A DNA stretch of 64,000 nucleotides from the human T2T-CHM13v2.0 reference genome, Homo sapiens. The translations under genes and the position numbers were made by a program. Each line of letters starts with the position of its first letter. Positions within the stretch are counted from its first letter, which is position 1. Shown in pieces: positions 52,101 to 64,000 of the stretch. The notes beneath the pieces were generated by a model. That model saw only the letters and a program-made list of their open reading frames with translations, did no database searches and was not told where the DNA came from. The stretch is taken from the NCBI RefSeq assembly GCF_009914755.1, contig NC_060938.1; one strand, 5' to 3'.

Positions 52101-55100
52101 AATGTTCAACTATGTGACTTGAATGCACACATCACAAAGAAGTTTCTGAGGATGCTGCTGTCTACTTTTTATACGTAATCCCGTTTCCAACGAAATCCTC
52201 CAGGCTATCCAAATATCCACTTGCAGATTCCACAGAAAGACTGTTTCAAAACTGCTCTGTCAATAGAAAGGTTCAACTCTGTTAGCTGCGTGCATATATC
52301 CCAAAGAAGATTCTGAGATTGCTTCTGTCTAGTTTTTATGGGAAGATATTTCCCTTTTCACCGTAGGTGTCAAGGCGCTCCAAATGTCCACTTCCAGATA
52401 CTACAAAAAGAGTGTTTCAAACCTACTCTGTGAAAGGGAATATTCAACTCTGTGACTTGAATGCACATATCACAAAGAAGTTTCTGAGAATGCTTCTGTC
52501 GAGATTTTATATGAAGATATTCCCGTTTCCAACGAAATGCTGAAATCTATCCAAATATCCCCTCGCAGATTCTACAAAAAGAGTGTTTCAAAACTGCTCT
52601 GTGAAAAGAAAGGTTCAACTCTGTTAGTTGAGTACACACATCACAAACAAGTTTCACAGAATGCTTCTTTCTAGCTTGTAGGGGAAGATATTCCCTTTAT
52701 CACCATGGGCCTCCAACCGTCCGAAACATCCACTTCCATATACTACAAAAAGAGCGTTTCAAACCTGCTCTATGAAAGGCAATGTTCAACTCTGTGACTT
52801 GAATGCAGACATCACAGAGCAGTTTCTGAGAATGCTTCTGTCTAGATTTTATAGGAAGATATTCCCGTTTCCAACGAAATCTTCACAGCTATCCAAATAT
52901 CCACTTGCAGATTCTACAAAAAGAGTGTATCAAAACTGCTCTGTCAAAAGGAAGGTTCTTCTCTGTTAGGTGAGTGCATACGTCATAAAGGAGTTTCTGA
53001 GAATGTTTCTGTCTAGTGGTTATGGGAAGATATTTGCTTTTTCACCGTAGGCCTCAGAGCGCTCCAAATATCCACTTGCACATACTACAAAAAGAGTGCT
53101 TCAAAGCTGCTCTCTGAAACGGAATGTTCAACTCTATGAGTTGAATGCAAACATCACAAAGACGTTTCTGAGAATGCTTCTGTCTAGATTTGATATGAAG
53201 ATATTCCCGTTTCCAACGAAATCTTCAAATCTATCCAAATGTCCACTTGCAGATTCAACAAAAAGTGTTTTTCAGAACTGCTCTATCAAAAGAAAGATCC
53301 ACCTCTGTTAGCTGAGTTCACACATCACAAACAAGTTTATGAGAATGCTTCTGTCTAGTTTTTATTTGAAGATATTTCCTTTCTCACCATAGAGCTGAAA
53401 GCTGTCCTAATGTTCACTTCCAGATACTACAGAAAGAGTGTTTCAAAACTGCTGTACGAAAGGGAATGTTCAACTCTGTGACTTGAATGCACACATCACA
53501 AAGAAGTTTCTGAGGATGCTGCTGTCTACTTTTTATACGTAATCCCGTTTCCAACGAAATCCTCCAGGCTATCCAAATATCCACTTGCAGATTCCACAGA
53601 AAGACTGTTTCAAAACTGCTCTGTCAATAGAAAGGTTCAACTCTGTTAGCTGCGTGCATATATCCCAAAGAAGATTCTGAGATTGCTTCTGTCTAGTTTT
53701 TATGGGAAGATATTTCCCTTTTCACCGTAGGCGTCAAGGCGCTCCAAATGTCCACTTCCAGATACTACAAAAAGAGTGTTTCAAACCTACTCTGTGAAAA
53801 GGAATATTCAACTCTGTGACTTGAATGCACATATCACAAGGAAGTTTCTGAGAATGCTTCTGTCGAGATTTTATATGAAGATATTCCCGTTTCCAACGAA
53901 ATCCTGAAATCTATCCAAATATCCCCTTGCAGATTCTACAAAAAGAGTGTTTCAAAACTGCTCTGTAAAAAGAAAGGTTCAACTCTGTTAGTTGAGTACA
54001 CACATCACAAACAAGTTTCACACAATGCTTCTTTCTAGCTTGTAGGGGAAGATATTCCCTTTATCACCATGGGCCTCCAACCGTCCGATAAGTCCACTTC
54101 CATATACTACAAAAAGAGCGTTTCAAACCTGCTCTATGAAAGGCAATGTTCAACTCTGTGACTTGAATGCAGACATCACAGAGCAGTTTCTGAGAATGCT
54201 TCTGTCTAGATTTTATAGGAAGATATTCCCGTTTCCAACGAAATCTTCACAGCTATCCAAATATCCACTTGCAGATTCTACAAAAAGAGTGTATCAAAAC
54301 TGCTCTGTCAAAAGGAAGGTTCTTTTCTGTTAGGTGAGTGCATACGTCATAAAGGAGTTTCTGAGAATGTTTCTGTCTAGTGGTTATGGGAAGATATTTG
54401 CTTTTTCACCGTAGGCCTCAGAGCGCTCCAAATATCCACTTGCACATACTACAAAAAGAGTGCCTCAAAGCTGCTCTCTGAAACGGAATGTTCAACTCTA
54501 TGAGTTGAATGCAAACATCGCAAAGACGTTTCTGAGAATGCTTCTGTCTAGATTTGATATGAAGATATTCCCGTTTCCAACGAAATCTTCAAATCTATCC
54601 AAATGTCCACTTGCAGATTCAACAAAAAGTGTTTTTCAGAACTGCTCTATCAAAAGAAAGATCCACCTCTGTTAGCTGAGTTCACACATCACAAACAAGT
54701 TTATGAGAATGCTTCTGTCTAGTTTTTATTTGAAGATATTTCCTTTCTCACCATAGAGCTGAAAGCTGTCCTAATGTTCACTTCCAGATACTACAGAAAG
54801 AGTGTTTCAAAACTGCTGTACGAAAGGGAATGTTCAACTATGTGACTTGAATGCACACATCACAAAGAAGTTTCTGAGGATGCTGCTGTCTACTTTTTAT
54901 ACGTAATCCCGTTTCCAACGAAATCCTCCAGGCTATCCAAATATCCACTTGCAGATTCCACAGAAAGACTGTTTCAAAACTGCTCTGTCAATAGAAAGGT
55001 TCAACTCTGTTAGCTGCGTGCATATATCCCAAAGAAGATTCTGAGATTGCTTCTGTCTAGTTTTTATGGGAAGATATTTCCCTTTTCACCGTAGGCGTCA

Positions 55101-58100
55101 AGGCGCTCCAAATGTCCACTTCCAGATACTACAAAAAGAGTGTTTCAAACCTACTCTGTGAAAGGGAATATTCAACTCTGTGACTTGAATGCACATATCA
55201 CAAAGAAGTTTCTGAGAATGCTTCTGTCGAGATTTTATATGAAGATATTCCCGTTTCCAACGAAATCCTGAAATGTATCCAAATATCCCCTCGCAGATTC
55301 TACAAAAAGAGTGTTTCAAAACTGCTCTGTGAAAAGAAAGGTTCAACTCTGTTAGTTGAGTACACACATCACAAACAAGTTTCACAGAATGCTTCTTTCT
55401 AGCTTGTAGGGGAAGATATTCCCTTTATCACCATGGGCCTCCAACCGTCCGAAACATCCACTTCCATATACTACAAAAAGAGCGTTTCAAACCTGCTCTA
55501 TGAAAGGCAATGTTCAACTCTGTGACTTGAATGCAGACATCACAGAGCAGTTTCTGAGAATGCTTCTGTCTAGATTTTATAGGAAGATATTCCCGTTTCC
55601 AACGAAATCTTCACAGCTATCCAAATATCCACTTGCAGATTCTACAAAAAGAGTGTATCAAAACTGCTCTGTCAAAAGGAAGGTTCTTCTCTGTTAGGTT
55701 AGTGCATACGTCATAAAGGAGTTTCTGAGAATGTTTCTGTCTAGTGGTTATGGGAAGATATTTGCTTTTTCACCGTAGGCCTCAGAGCGCTCCAAATATC
55801 CACTTGCACATACTACAAAAAGAGTGCTTCAAAGCTGCTCTCTGAAACGGAATGTTCAACTCTATGAGTTGAATGCAAACATCACAAAGACGTTTCTGAG
55901 AATGCTTCTGTCTAGATTTGATATGAAGATATTCCCGTTTCCAACGAAATCTTCAAATCTATCCAAATGTCCACTTGCAGATTCAACAAAAAGTGTTTTT
56001 CACAACTGCTCTATCAAAAGAAAGATCCACCTCTGTTAGCTGAGTTCACACATCACAAACAAGTTTATGAGAATGCTTCTGTCTAGTTTTTATTTGAAGA
56101 TATTTCCTTTCTCACCATAGAGCTGAAAGCTGTCCTAATGTTCACTTCCAGATACTACAGAAAGAGTGTTTCAAAACTGCTGTACGAAAGGGAATGTTCA
56201 ACTCTGTGACTTGAATGCACACATCACAAAGAAGTTTCTGAGGATGCTGCTGTCTACTTTTTATACGTAATCCCGTTTCCAACGAAATCCTCCAAGCTAT
56301 CCAAATATCCACTTGCAGATTCCACAGAAAGACTGTTTCAAAACTGCTCTGTCAATAGAAAGGTTCAACTCTGTTAGCTGCATGCATATATCCCAAAGAA
56401 GATTCTGAGATTGCTTCTGTCTAGTTTTTATGGGAAGATATTTCCCTTTTCACCGTAGGCGTCAAGGCGCTCCAAATGTCCACTTCCAGATACTACAAAA
56501 AGAGTGTTTCAAACCTACTCTGTGAAAGGGAATATTCAACTCTGTGACTTGAATGCACATATCACAAGGAAGTTTCTGAGAATGCTTCTGTCGAGATTTT
56601 ATATGAAGATATTCCCGTTTCCAACGAAATCCTGAAATCTATCCAAATATCCTCTTGCAGATTCTACAAAAAGAGTGTTTCAAAACTGCTCTGTAAAAAG
56701 AAAAGTTCAACTCTGTTAGTTGAGTACACACATCACAAACAAGTTTCACACAATGCTTCTTTCTAGCTTGTAGGGGAAGATATTCCCTTTATCACCATGG
56801 GCCTCAAACCGTCCGATAAGTCCACTTCCATATACTACAAAAAGAGCGTTTCAAACCTGCTCTATGAAAGGCAATGTTCAACTCTGTGACTTGAATGCAG
56901 ACATCACAGAGCAGTTTCTGAGAATGCTTCTGTCTAGATTTTATAGGAAGATATTCCCGTTTCCAACGAAATCTTCACAGCTATCCAAATATCCACTTGC
57001 AGATTCTACAAAAAGAGTGTATCAAAACTGCTCTGTCAAAAGGAAGGTTCTTTTCTGTTAGGTGAGTGCATACGTCATAAAGGAGTTTCTGAGAATGTTT
57101 CTGTCTAGTGGTTATGGGAAGATATTTGCTTTTTCACCGTAGGCCTCAGAGCGCTCCAAATATCCACTTGCACATACTACAAAAAGAGTGCCTCAAAGCT
57201 GCTCTCTGAAACGGAATGTTCAACTCTATGAGTTGAATGCAAACATCGCAAAGACGTTTCTGAGAATGCTTCTGTCTAGATTTGATATGAAGATATTCCC
57301 GTTTCCAACGAAATCTTCAAATCTATCCAAATGTCCACTTGCAGATTCAACAAAAAGTGTTTTTCAGAACTGCTCTATCAAAAGAAAGATCCACCTCTGT
57401 TAGCTGAGTTCACACATCACAAACAAGTTTATGAGAATGCTTCTGTCTAGTTTTTATTTGAAGATATTTCCTTTCTCACCATAGAGCTGAAAGCTGTCCT
57501 AATGTTCACTTCCAGATACTACAGAAAGAGTGTTTCAAAACTGCTGTACGAAAGGGAATGTTCAACTCTGTGACTTGAATGCACACATCACAAAGAAGTT
57601 TCTGAGGATGCTGCTGTCTACTTTTTATACGTAATCCCGTTTCCAACGAAATCCTCCAAGCTATCCAAATATCCACTTGCAGATTCCACAGAAAGACTGT
57701 TTCAAAACTGCTCTGTCAATAGAAAGGTTCAACTCTGTTAGCTGCGTGCATATATCCCAAAGAAGATTCTGAGATTGCTTCTGTCTAGTTTTTATGGGAA
57801 GATATTTCCCTTTTCACCGTAGGTGTCAAGGCGCTCCAAATGTCCACTTCCAGATACTACAAAAAGAGTGTTTCAAACCTACTCTGTGAAAGGGAATATT
57901 CAACTCTGTGACTTGAATGCACATATCACAAAGAAGTTTCTGAGAATGCTTCTGTCGAGATTTTATATGAAGATATTCCCGTTTCCAACGAAATGCTGAA
58001 ATCTATCCAAATATCCCCTCGCAGATTCTACAAAAAGAGTGTTTCAAAACTGCTCTGTGAAAAGAAAGGTTCAACTCTGTTAGTTGAGTACACACATCAC

Positions 58101-61100
58101 AAACAAGTTTCACAGAATGCTTCTTTCTAGCTTGTAGGGGAAGATATTCCCTTTATCACCATGGGCCTCCAACCGTCCGAAACATCCACTTCCATATACT
58201 ACAAAAAGAGCGTTTCAAACCTGCTCTATGAAAGGCAATGTTCAACTCTGTGACTTGAATGCAGACATCACAGAGCAGTTTCTGAGAATGCTTCTGTCTA
58301 GATTTTATAGGAAGATATTCCCGTTTCCAACGAAATCTTCACAGCTATCCAAATATCCACTTGCAGATTCTACAAAAAGAGTGTATCAAAACTGCTCTGT
58401 CAAAAGGAAGGTTCTTCTCTGTTAGGTGAGTGCATACGTCATAAAGGAGTTTCTGAGAATGTTTCTGTCTAGTGGTTATGGGAAGATATTTGCTTTTTCA
58501 CCGTAGGCCTCAGAGCGCTCCAAATATCCACTTGCACATACTACAAAAAGAGTGCTTCAAAGCTGCTCTCTGAAACGGAATGTTCAACTCTATGAGTTGA
58601 ATGCAAACATCACAAAGACGTTTCTGAGAATGCTTCTGTCTAGATTTGATATGAAGATATTCCCGTTTCCAACGAAATCTTCAAATCTATCCAAATGTCC
58701 ACTTGCAGATTCAACAAAAAGTGTTTTTCAGAACTGCTCTATCAAAAGAAAGATCCACCTCTGTTAGCTGAGTTCACACATCACAAACAAGTTTATGAGA
58801 ATGCTTCTGTCTAGTTTTTATTTGAAGATATTTCCTTTCTCACCATAGAGCTGAAAGCTGTCCTAATGTTCACTTCCAGATACTACAGAAAGAGTGTTTC
58901 AAAACTGCTGTACGAAAGGGAATGTTCAACTCTGTGACTTGAATGCACACATCACAAAGAAGTTTCTGAGGATGCTGCTGTCTACTTTTTATACGTAATC
59001 CCGTTTCCAACGAAATCCTCCAAGCTATCCAAATATCCACTTGCAGATTCCACAGAAAGACTGTTTCAAAACTGCTCTGTCAATAGAAAGGTTCAACTCT
59101 GTTAGCTGCATGCATATATCCCAAAGAAGATTCTGAGATTGCTTCTGTCTAGTTTTTATGGGAAGATATTTCCCTTTTCACCGTAGGCGTCAAGGCGCTC
59201 CAAATGTCCACTTCCAGATACTACAAAAAGAGTGTTTCAAACCTACTCTGTGAAAGGGAATATTCAACTCTGTGACTTGAATGCACATATCACAAGGAAG
59301 TTTCTGAGAATGCTTCTGTCGAGATTTTATATGAAGATATTCCCGTTTCCAACGAAATCCTGAAATGTATCCAAATATCCCCTTGCAGATTCTACAAAAA
59401 GAGTGTTTCAAAACTGCTCTGTAAAAAGAAAGGTTCAACTCTGTTAGTTGAGTACACACATCACAAACAAGTTTCACACAATGCTTCTTTCTAGCTTGTA
59501 GGGGAAGATATTCCCTTTATCACCATGGGCCTCAAACCGTCCGATAAGTCCACTTCCATATACTACAAAAAGAGCGTTTCAAACCTGCTCTATGAAAGGC
59601 AATGTTCAACTCTGTGACTTGAATGCAGACATCACAGAGCAGTTTCTGAGAATGCTTCTGTCTAGATTTTATAGGAAGATATTCCCGTTTCCAACGAAAT
59701 CTTCACAGCTATCCAAATATCCACTTGCAGATTCTACAAAAAGAGTGTATCAAAACTGCTCTGTGAAAAGGAAGGTTCTTTTCTGTTAGGTGAGTGCATA
59801 CGTCATAAAGGAGTTTCTGAGAATGTTTCTGTCTAGTGGTTATGGGAAGATATTTGCTTTTTCACCGTAGGCCTCAGAGCGCTCCAAATATCCACTTGCA
59901 CATACTACAAAAAGAGTGCCTCAAAGCTGCTCTCTGAAACGGAATGTTCAACTCTATGAGTTGAATGCAAACATCGCAAAGACGTTTCTGAGAATGCTTC
60001 TGTCTAGATTTGATATGAAGATATTCCCGTTTCCAACGAAATCTTGAAATCTATCCAAATGTCCACTTGCAGATTCAACAAAAAGTGTTTTTCAGAACTG
60101 CTCTATCAAAAGAAAGATCCACCTCTGTTAGCTGAGTTCACACATCACAAACAAGTTTATGAGAATGCTTCTGTCTAGTTTTTATTTGAAGATATTTCCT
60201 TTCTCACCATAGAGCTGAAAGCTGTCCTAATGTTCACTTCCAGATACTACAGAAAGAGTGTTTCAAAACTGCTGTACGAAAGGGAATGTTCAACTATGTG
60301 ACTTGAATGCACACATCACAAAGAAGTTTCTGAGGATGCTGCTGTCTACTTTTTATACGTAATCCCGTTTCCAACGAAATCCTCCAGGCTATCCAAATAT
60401 CCACTTGCAGATTCCACAGAAAGACTGTTTCAAAACTGCTCTGTCAATAGAAAGGTTCAACTCTGTTAGCTGCGTGCATATATCCCAAAGAAGATTCTGA
60501 GATTGCTTCTGTCTAGTTTTTATGGGAAGATATTTCCCTTTTCACCGTAGGTGTCAAGGCGCTCCAAATGTCCACTTCCAGATACTACAAAAAGAGTGTT
60601 TCAAACCTACTCTGTGAAAGGGAATATTCAACTCTGTGACTTGAATGCACATATCACAAAGAAGTTTCTGAGAATGCTTCTGTCGAGATTTTATATGAAG
60701 ATATTCCCGTTTCCAACGAAATCCTGAAATCTATCCAAATATCCCCTCGCAGATTCTACAAAAAGAGTGTTTCAAAACTGCTCTGTGAAAAGAAAGGTTC
60801 AACTCTGTTAGTTGAGTACACACATCACAAACAAGTTTCACAGAATGCTTCTTTCTAGCTTGTAGGGGAAGATATTCCCTTTATCACCATGGGCCTCCAA
60901 CCGTCCGAAACATCCACTTCCATATACTACAAAAAGAGCGTTTCAAACCTGCTCTATGAAAGGCAATGTTCAACTCTGTGACTTGAATGCAGACATCACA
61001 GAGCAGTTTCTGAGAATGCTTCTGTCTAGATTTTATAGGAAGATATTCCCGTTTCCAACGAAATCTTCACAGCTATCCAAATATCCACTTGCAGATTCTA

Positions 61101-64000
61101 CAAAAAGAGTGTATCAAAACTGCTCTGTCAAAAGGAAGGTTCTTCTCTGTTAGGTGAGTGCATACGTCATAAAGGAGTTTCTGAGAATGTTTCTGTCTAG
61201 TGGTTATGGGAAGATATTTGCTTTTTCACCGTAGGCCTCAGAGCGCTCCAAATATCCACTTGCACATACTACAAAAAGAGTGCTTCAAAGCTGCTCTCTG
61301 AAACGGAATGTTCAACTCTATGAGTTGAATGCAAACATCACAAAGACGTTTCTGAGAATGCTTCTGTCTAGATTTGATATGAAGATATTCCCGTTTCCAA
61401 CGAAATCTTCAAATCTATCCAAATGTCCACTTGCAGATTCAACAAAAAGTGTTTTTCAGAACTGCTCTATCAAAAGAAAGATCCACCTCTGTTAGCTGAG
61501 TTCACACATCACAAACAAGTTTATGAGAATGCTTCTGTCTAGTTTTTATTTGAAGATATTTCCTTTCTCACCATAGAGCTGAAAGCTGTCCTAATGTTCA
61601 CTTCCAGATACTACAGAAAGAGTGTTTCAAAACTGCTGTACGAAAGGGAATGTTCAACTCTGTGACTTGAATGCACACATCACAAAGAAGTTTCTGAGGA
61701 TGCTGCTGTCTACTTTTTATACGTAATCCCGTTTCCAACGAAATCCTCCAGGCTATCCAAATATCCACTTGCAGATTCCACAGAAAGACTGTTTCAAAAC
61801 TGCTCTGTCAATAGAAAGGTTCAACTCTGTTAGCTGCGTGCATATATCCCAAAGAAGATTCTGAGATTGCTTCTGTCTAGTTTTTATGGGAAGATATTTC
61901 CCTTTTCACCGTAGGCGTCAAGGCGCTCCAAATGTCCACTTCCAGATACTACAAAAAGAGTGTTTCAAACCTACTCTGTGAAAAGGAATATTCAACTCTG
62001 TGACTTGAATGCACATATCACAAGGAAGTTTCTGAGAATGCTTCTGTCGAGATTTTATATGAAGATATTCCCGTTTCCAACGAAATCCTGAAATCTATCC
62101 AAATATCCCCTTGCAGATTCTACAAAAAGAGTGTTTCAAAACTGCTCTGTAAAAAGAAAGGTTCAACTCTGTTAGTTGAGTACACACATCACAAACAAGT
62201 TTCACACAATGCTTCTTTCTAGCTTGTAGGGGAAGATATTCCCTTTATCACCATGGGCCTCCAACCGTCCGATAAGTCCACTTCCATATACTACAAAAAG
62301 AGCGTTTCAAACCTGCTCTATGAAAGGCAATGTTCAACTCTGTGACTTGAATGCAGACATCACAGAGCAGTTTCTGAGAATGCTTCTGTCTAGATTTTAT
62401 AGGAAGATATTCCCGTTTCCAACGAAATCTTCACAGCTATCCAAATATCCACTTGCAGATTCTACAAAAAGAGTGTATCAAAACTGCTCTGTCAAAAGGA
62501 AGGTTCTTTTCTGTTAGGTGAGTGCATACGTCATAAAGGAGTTTCTGAGAATGTTTCTGTCTAGTGGTTATGGGAAGATATTTGCTTTTTCACCGTAGGC
62601 CTCAGAGCGCTCCAAATATCCACTTGCACATACTACAAAAAGAGTGCCTCAAAGCTGCTCTCTGAAACGGAATGTTCAACTCTATGAGTTGAATGCAAAC
62701 ATCGCAAAGACGTTTCTGAGAATGCTTCTGTCTAGATTTGATATGAAGATATTCCCGTTTCCAACGAAATCTTCAAATCTATCCAAATGTCCACTTGCAG
62801 ATTCAACAAAAAGTGTTTTTCAGAACTGCTCTATCAAAAGAAAGATCCACCTCTGTTAGCTGAGTTCACACATCACAAACAAGTTTATGAGAATGCTTCT
62901 GTCTAGTTTTTATTTGAAGATATTTCCTTTCTCACCATAGAGCTGAAAGCTGTCCTAATGTTCACTTCCAGATACTACAGAAAGAGTGTTTCAAAACTGC
63001 TGTACGAAAGGGAATGTTCAACTATGTGACTTGAATGCACACATCACAAAGAAGTTTCTGAGGATGCTGCTGTCTACTTTTTATACGTAATCCCGTTTCC
63101 AACGAAATCCTCCAGGCTATCCAAATATCCACTTGCAGATTCCACAGAAAGACTGTTTCAAAACTGCTCTGTCAATAGAAAGGTTCAACTCTGTTAGCTG
63201 CGTGCATATATCCCAAAGAAGATTCTGAGATTGCTTCTGTCTAGTTTTTATGGGAAGATATTTCCCTTTTCACCGTAGGCGTCAAGGCGCTCCAAATGTC
63301 CACTTCCAGATACTACAAAAAGAGTGTTTCAAACCTACTCTGTGAAAGGGAATATTCAACTCTGTGACTTGAATGCACATATCACAAAGAAGTTTCTGAG
63401 AATGCTTCTGTCGAGATTTTATATGAAGATATTCCCGTTTCCAACGAAATCCTGAAATGTATCCAAATATCCCCTCGCAGATTCTACAAAAAGAGTGTTT
63501 CAAAACTGCTCTGTGAAAAGAAAGGTTCAACTCTGTTAGTTGAGTACACACATCACAAACAAGTTTCACAGAATGCTTCTTTCTAGCTTGTAGGGGAAGA
63601 TATTCCCTTTATCACCATGGGCCTCCAACCGTCCGAAACATCCACTTCCATATACTACAAAAAGAGCGTTTCAAACCTGCTCTATGAAAGGCAATGTTCA
63701 ACTCTGTGACTTGAATGCAGACATCACAGAGCAGTTTCTGAGAATGCTTCTGTCTAGATTTTATAGGAAGATATTCCCGTTTCCAACGAAATCTTCACAG
63801 CTATCCAAATATCCACTTGCAGATTCTACAAAAAGAGTGTATCAAAACTGCTCTGTCAAAAGGAAGGTTCTTCTCTGTTAGGTTAGTGCATACGTCATAA
63901 AGGAGTTTCTGAGAATGTTTCTGTCTAGTGGTTATGGGAAGATATTTGCTTTTTCACCGTAGGCCTCAGAGCGCTCCAAATATCCACTTGCACATACTAC
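49103..64000 (-). repeat. Region of strict B/A haplotype alternation (2,728-bp super-period), U37-U47
   Basis: GAAACATCC and GATAAGTCC alternate unit by unit; ORF ends alternate VLLC/VLFC and ORF starts alternate MLQ/MPQ. Confidence 0.85.

Larger units (their letters stand above)
1..64000 (-). repeat. Centromeric alpha-satellite higher-order repeat array, 8-mer HOR of 1,364 bp, ~47 tandem copies, single orientation, open at both window ends
   Basis: ~171-bp alphoid monomers throughout. ATGAAGATATTCCCGTTTCCAACGAAATCTTCAAATC recurs at 1, 1365, 2729, ... 62743. ORF starts recur every 1,364 bp (942, 2306, 3670 ...) except for two 1,363-bp steps. Copies differ by about 1% or less. Strand is given relative to the conventional CENP-B-box orientation. 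Confidence 0.99.

Noticed and set aside
20998-63569. 95-aa minus-strand ORFs in eight units
   Set aside because: Created by one C>G change at offset 717 that removes a TAG stop; useful as a lineage marker, not evidence of coding.
942-63881. Repeated 65-aa and 71-aa plus-strand ORFs (MKGNVQLC..., MPQSCSLK...)
   Set aside because: Chance stop-free frames of alpha-satellite that recur with the HOR period. The two resemble each other only because monomers do. The 71-aa ORF starts at GTG and is lost to a nonsense change at 60046. No gene context.
1-64000. Mobile-element insertions, inversions or monomer-deletion HOR variants
   Set aside because: The 1,364-bp phase holds end to end apart from two 1-bp deletions, and all boxes face the same way.
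1-64000. Calling this the kinetochore site, or assigning it to chr14 vs chr22
   Set aside because: Needs CENP-A or methylation data and alignment to reference arrays; not determinable from this sequence alone.

Overview
The whole 64-kb window is an uninterrupted, head-to-tail array of primate (human-type) centromeric alpha-satellite. It holds about 47 copies (46 complete, 1 partial) of an 8-monomer, 1,364-bp higher-order repeat (HOR), with a CENP-B box in every second monomer on the minus strand. The dimeric organisation, 8-mer length and monomer sequence best match the suprachromosomal family 2 active array shared by chr14 and chr22 (D14Z9/D22Z1); this is from recall, not a database search. 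There are no genes, mobile elements or inversions, and the ORF track only reflects the repeat period. I found no new protein-coding system. The structure worth study lies above the HOR level. I number units U1..U47 from window base 1; 'offset' means position within a unit. Two HOR haplotypes (A and B, about 14 linked differences) and their recombinants are interleaved. They alternate strictly over two ~13-15 kb stretches, like an incipient 16-mer. Private variants record nested 1-, 2-, 3-, 4- and 6-unit duplications and short conversion-like tracts. All variant calls were made by eye.
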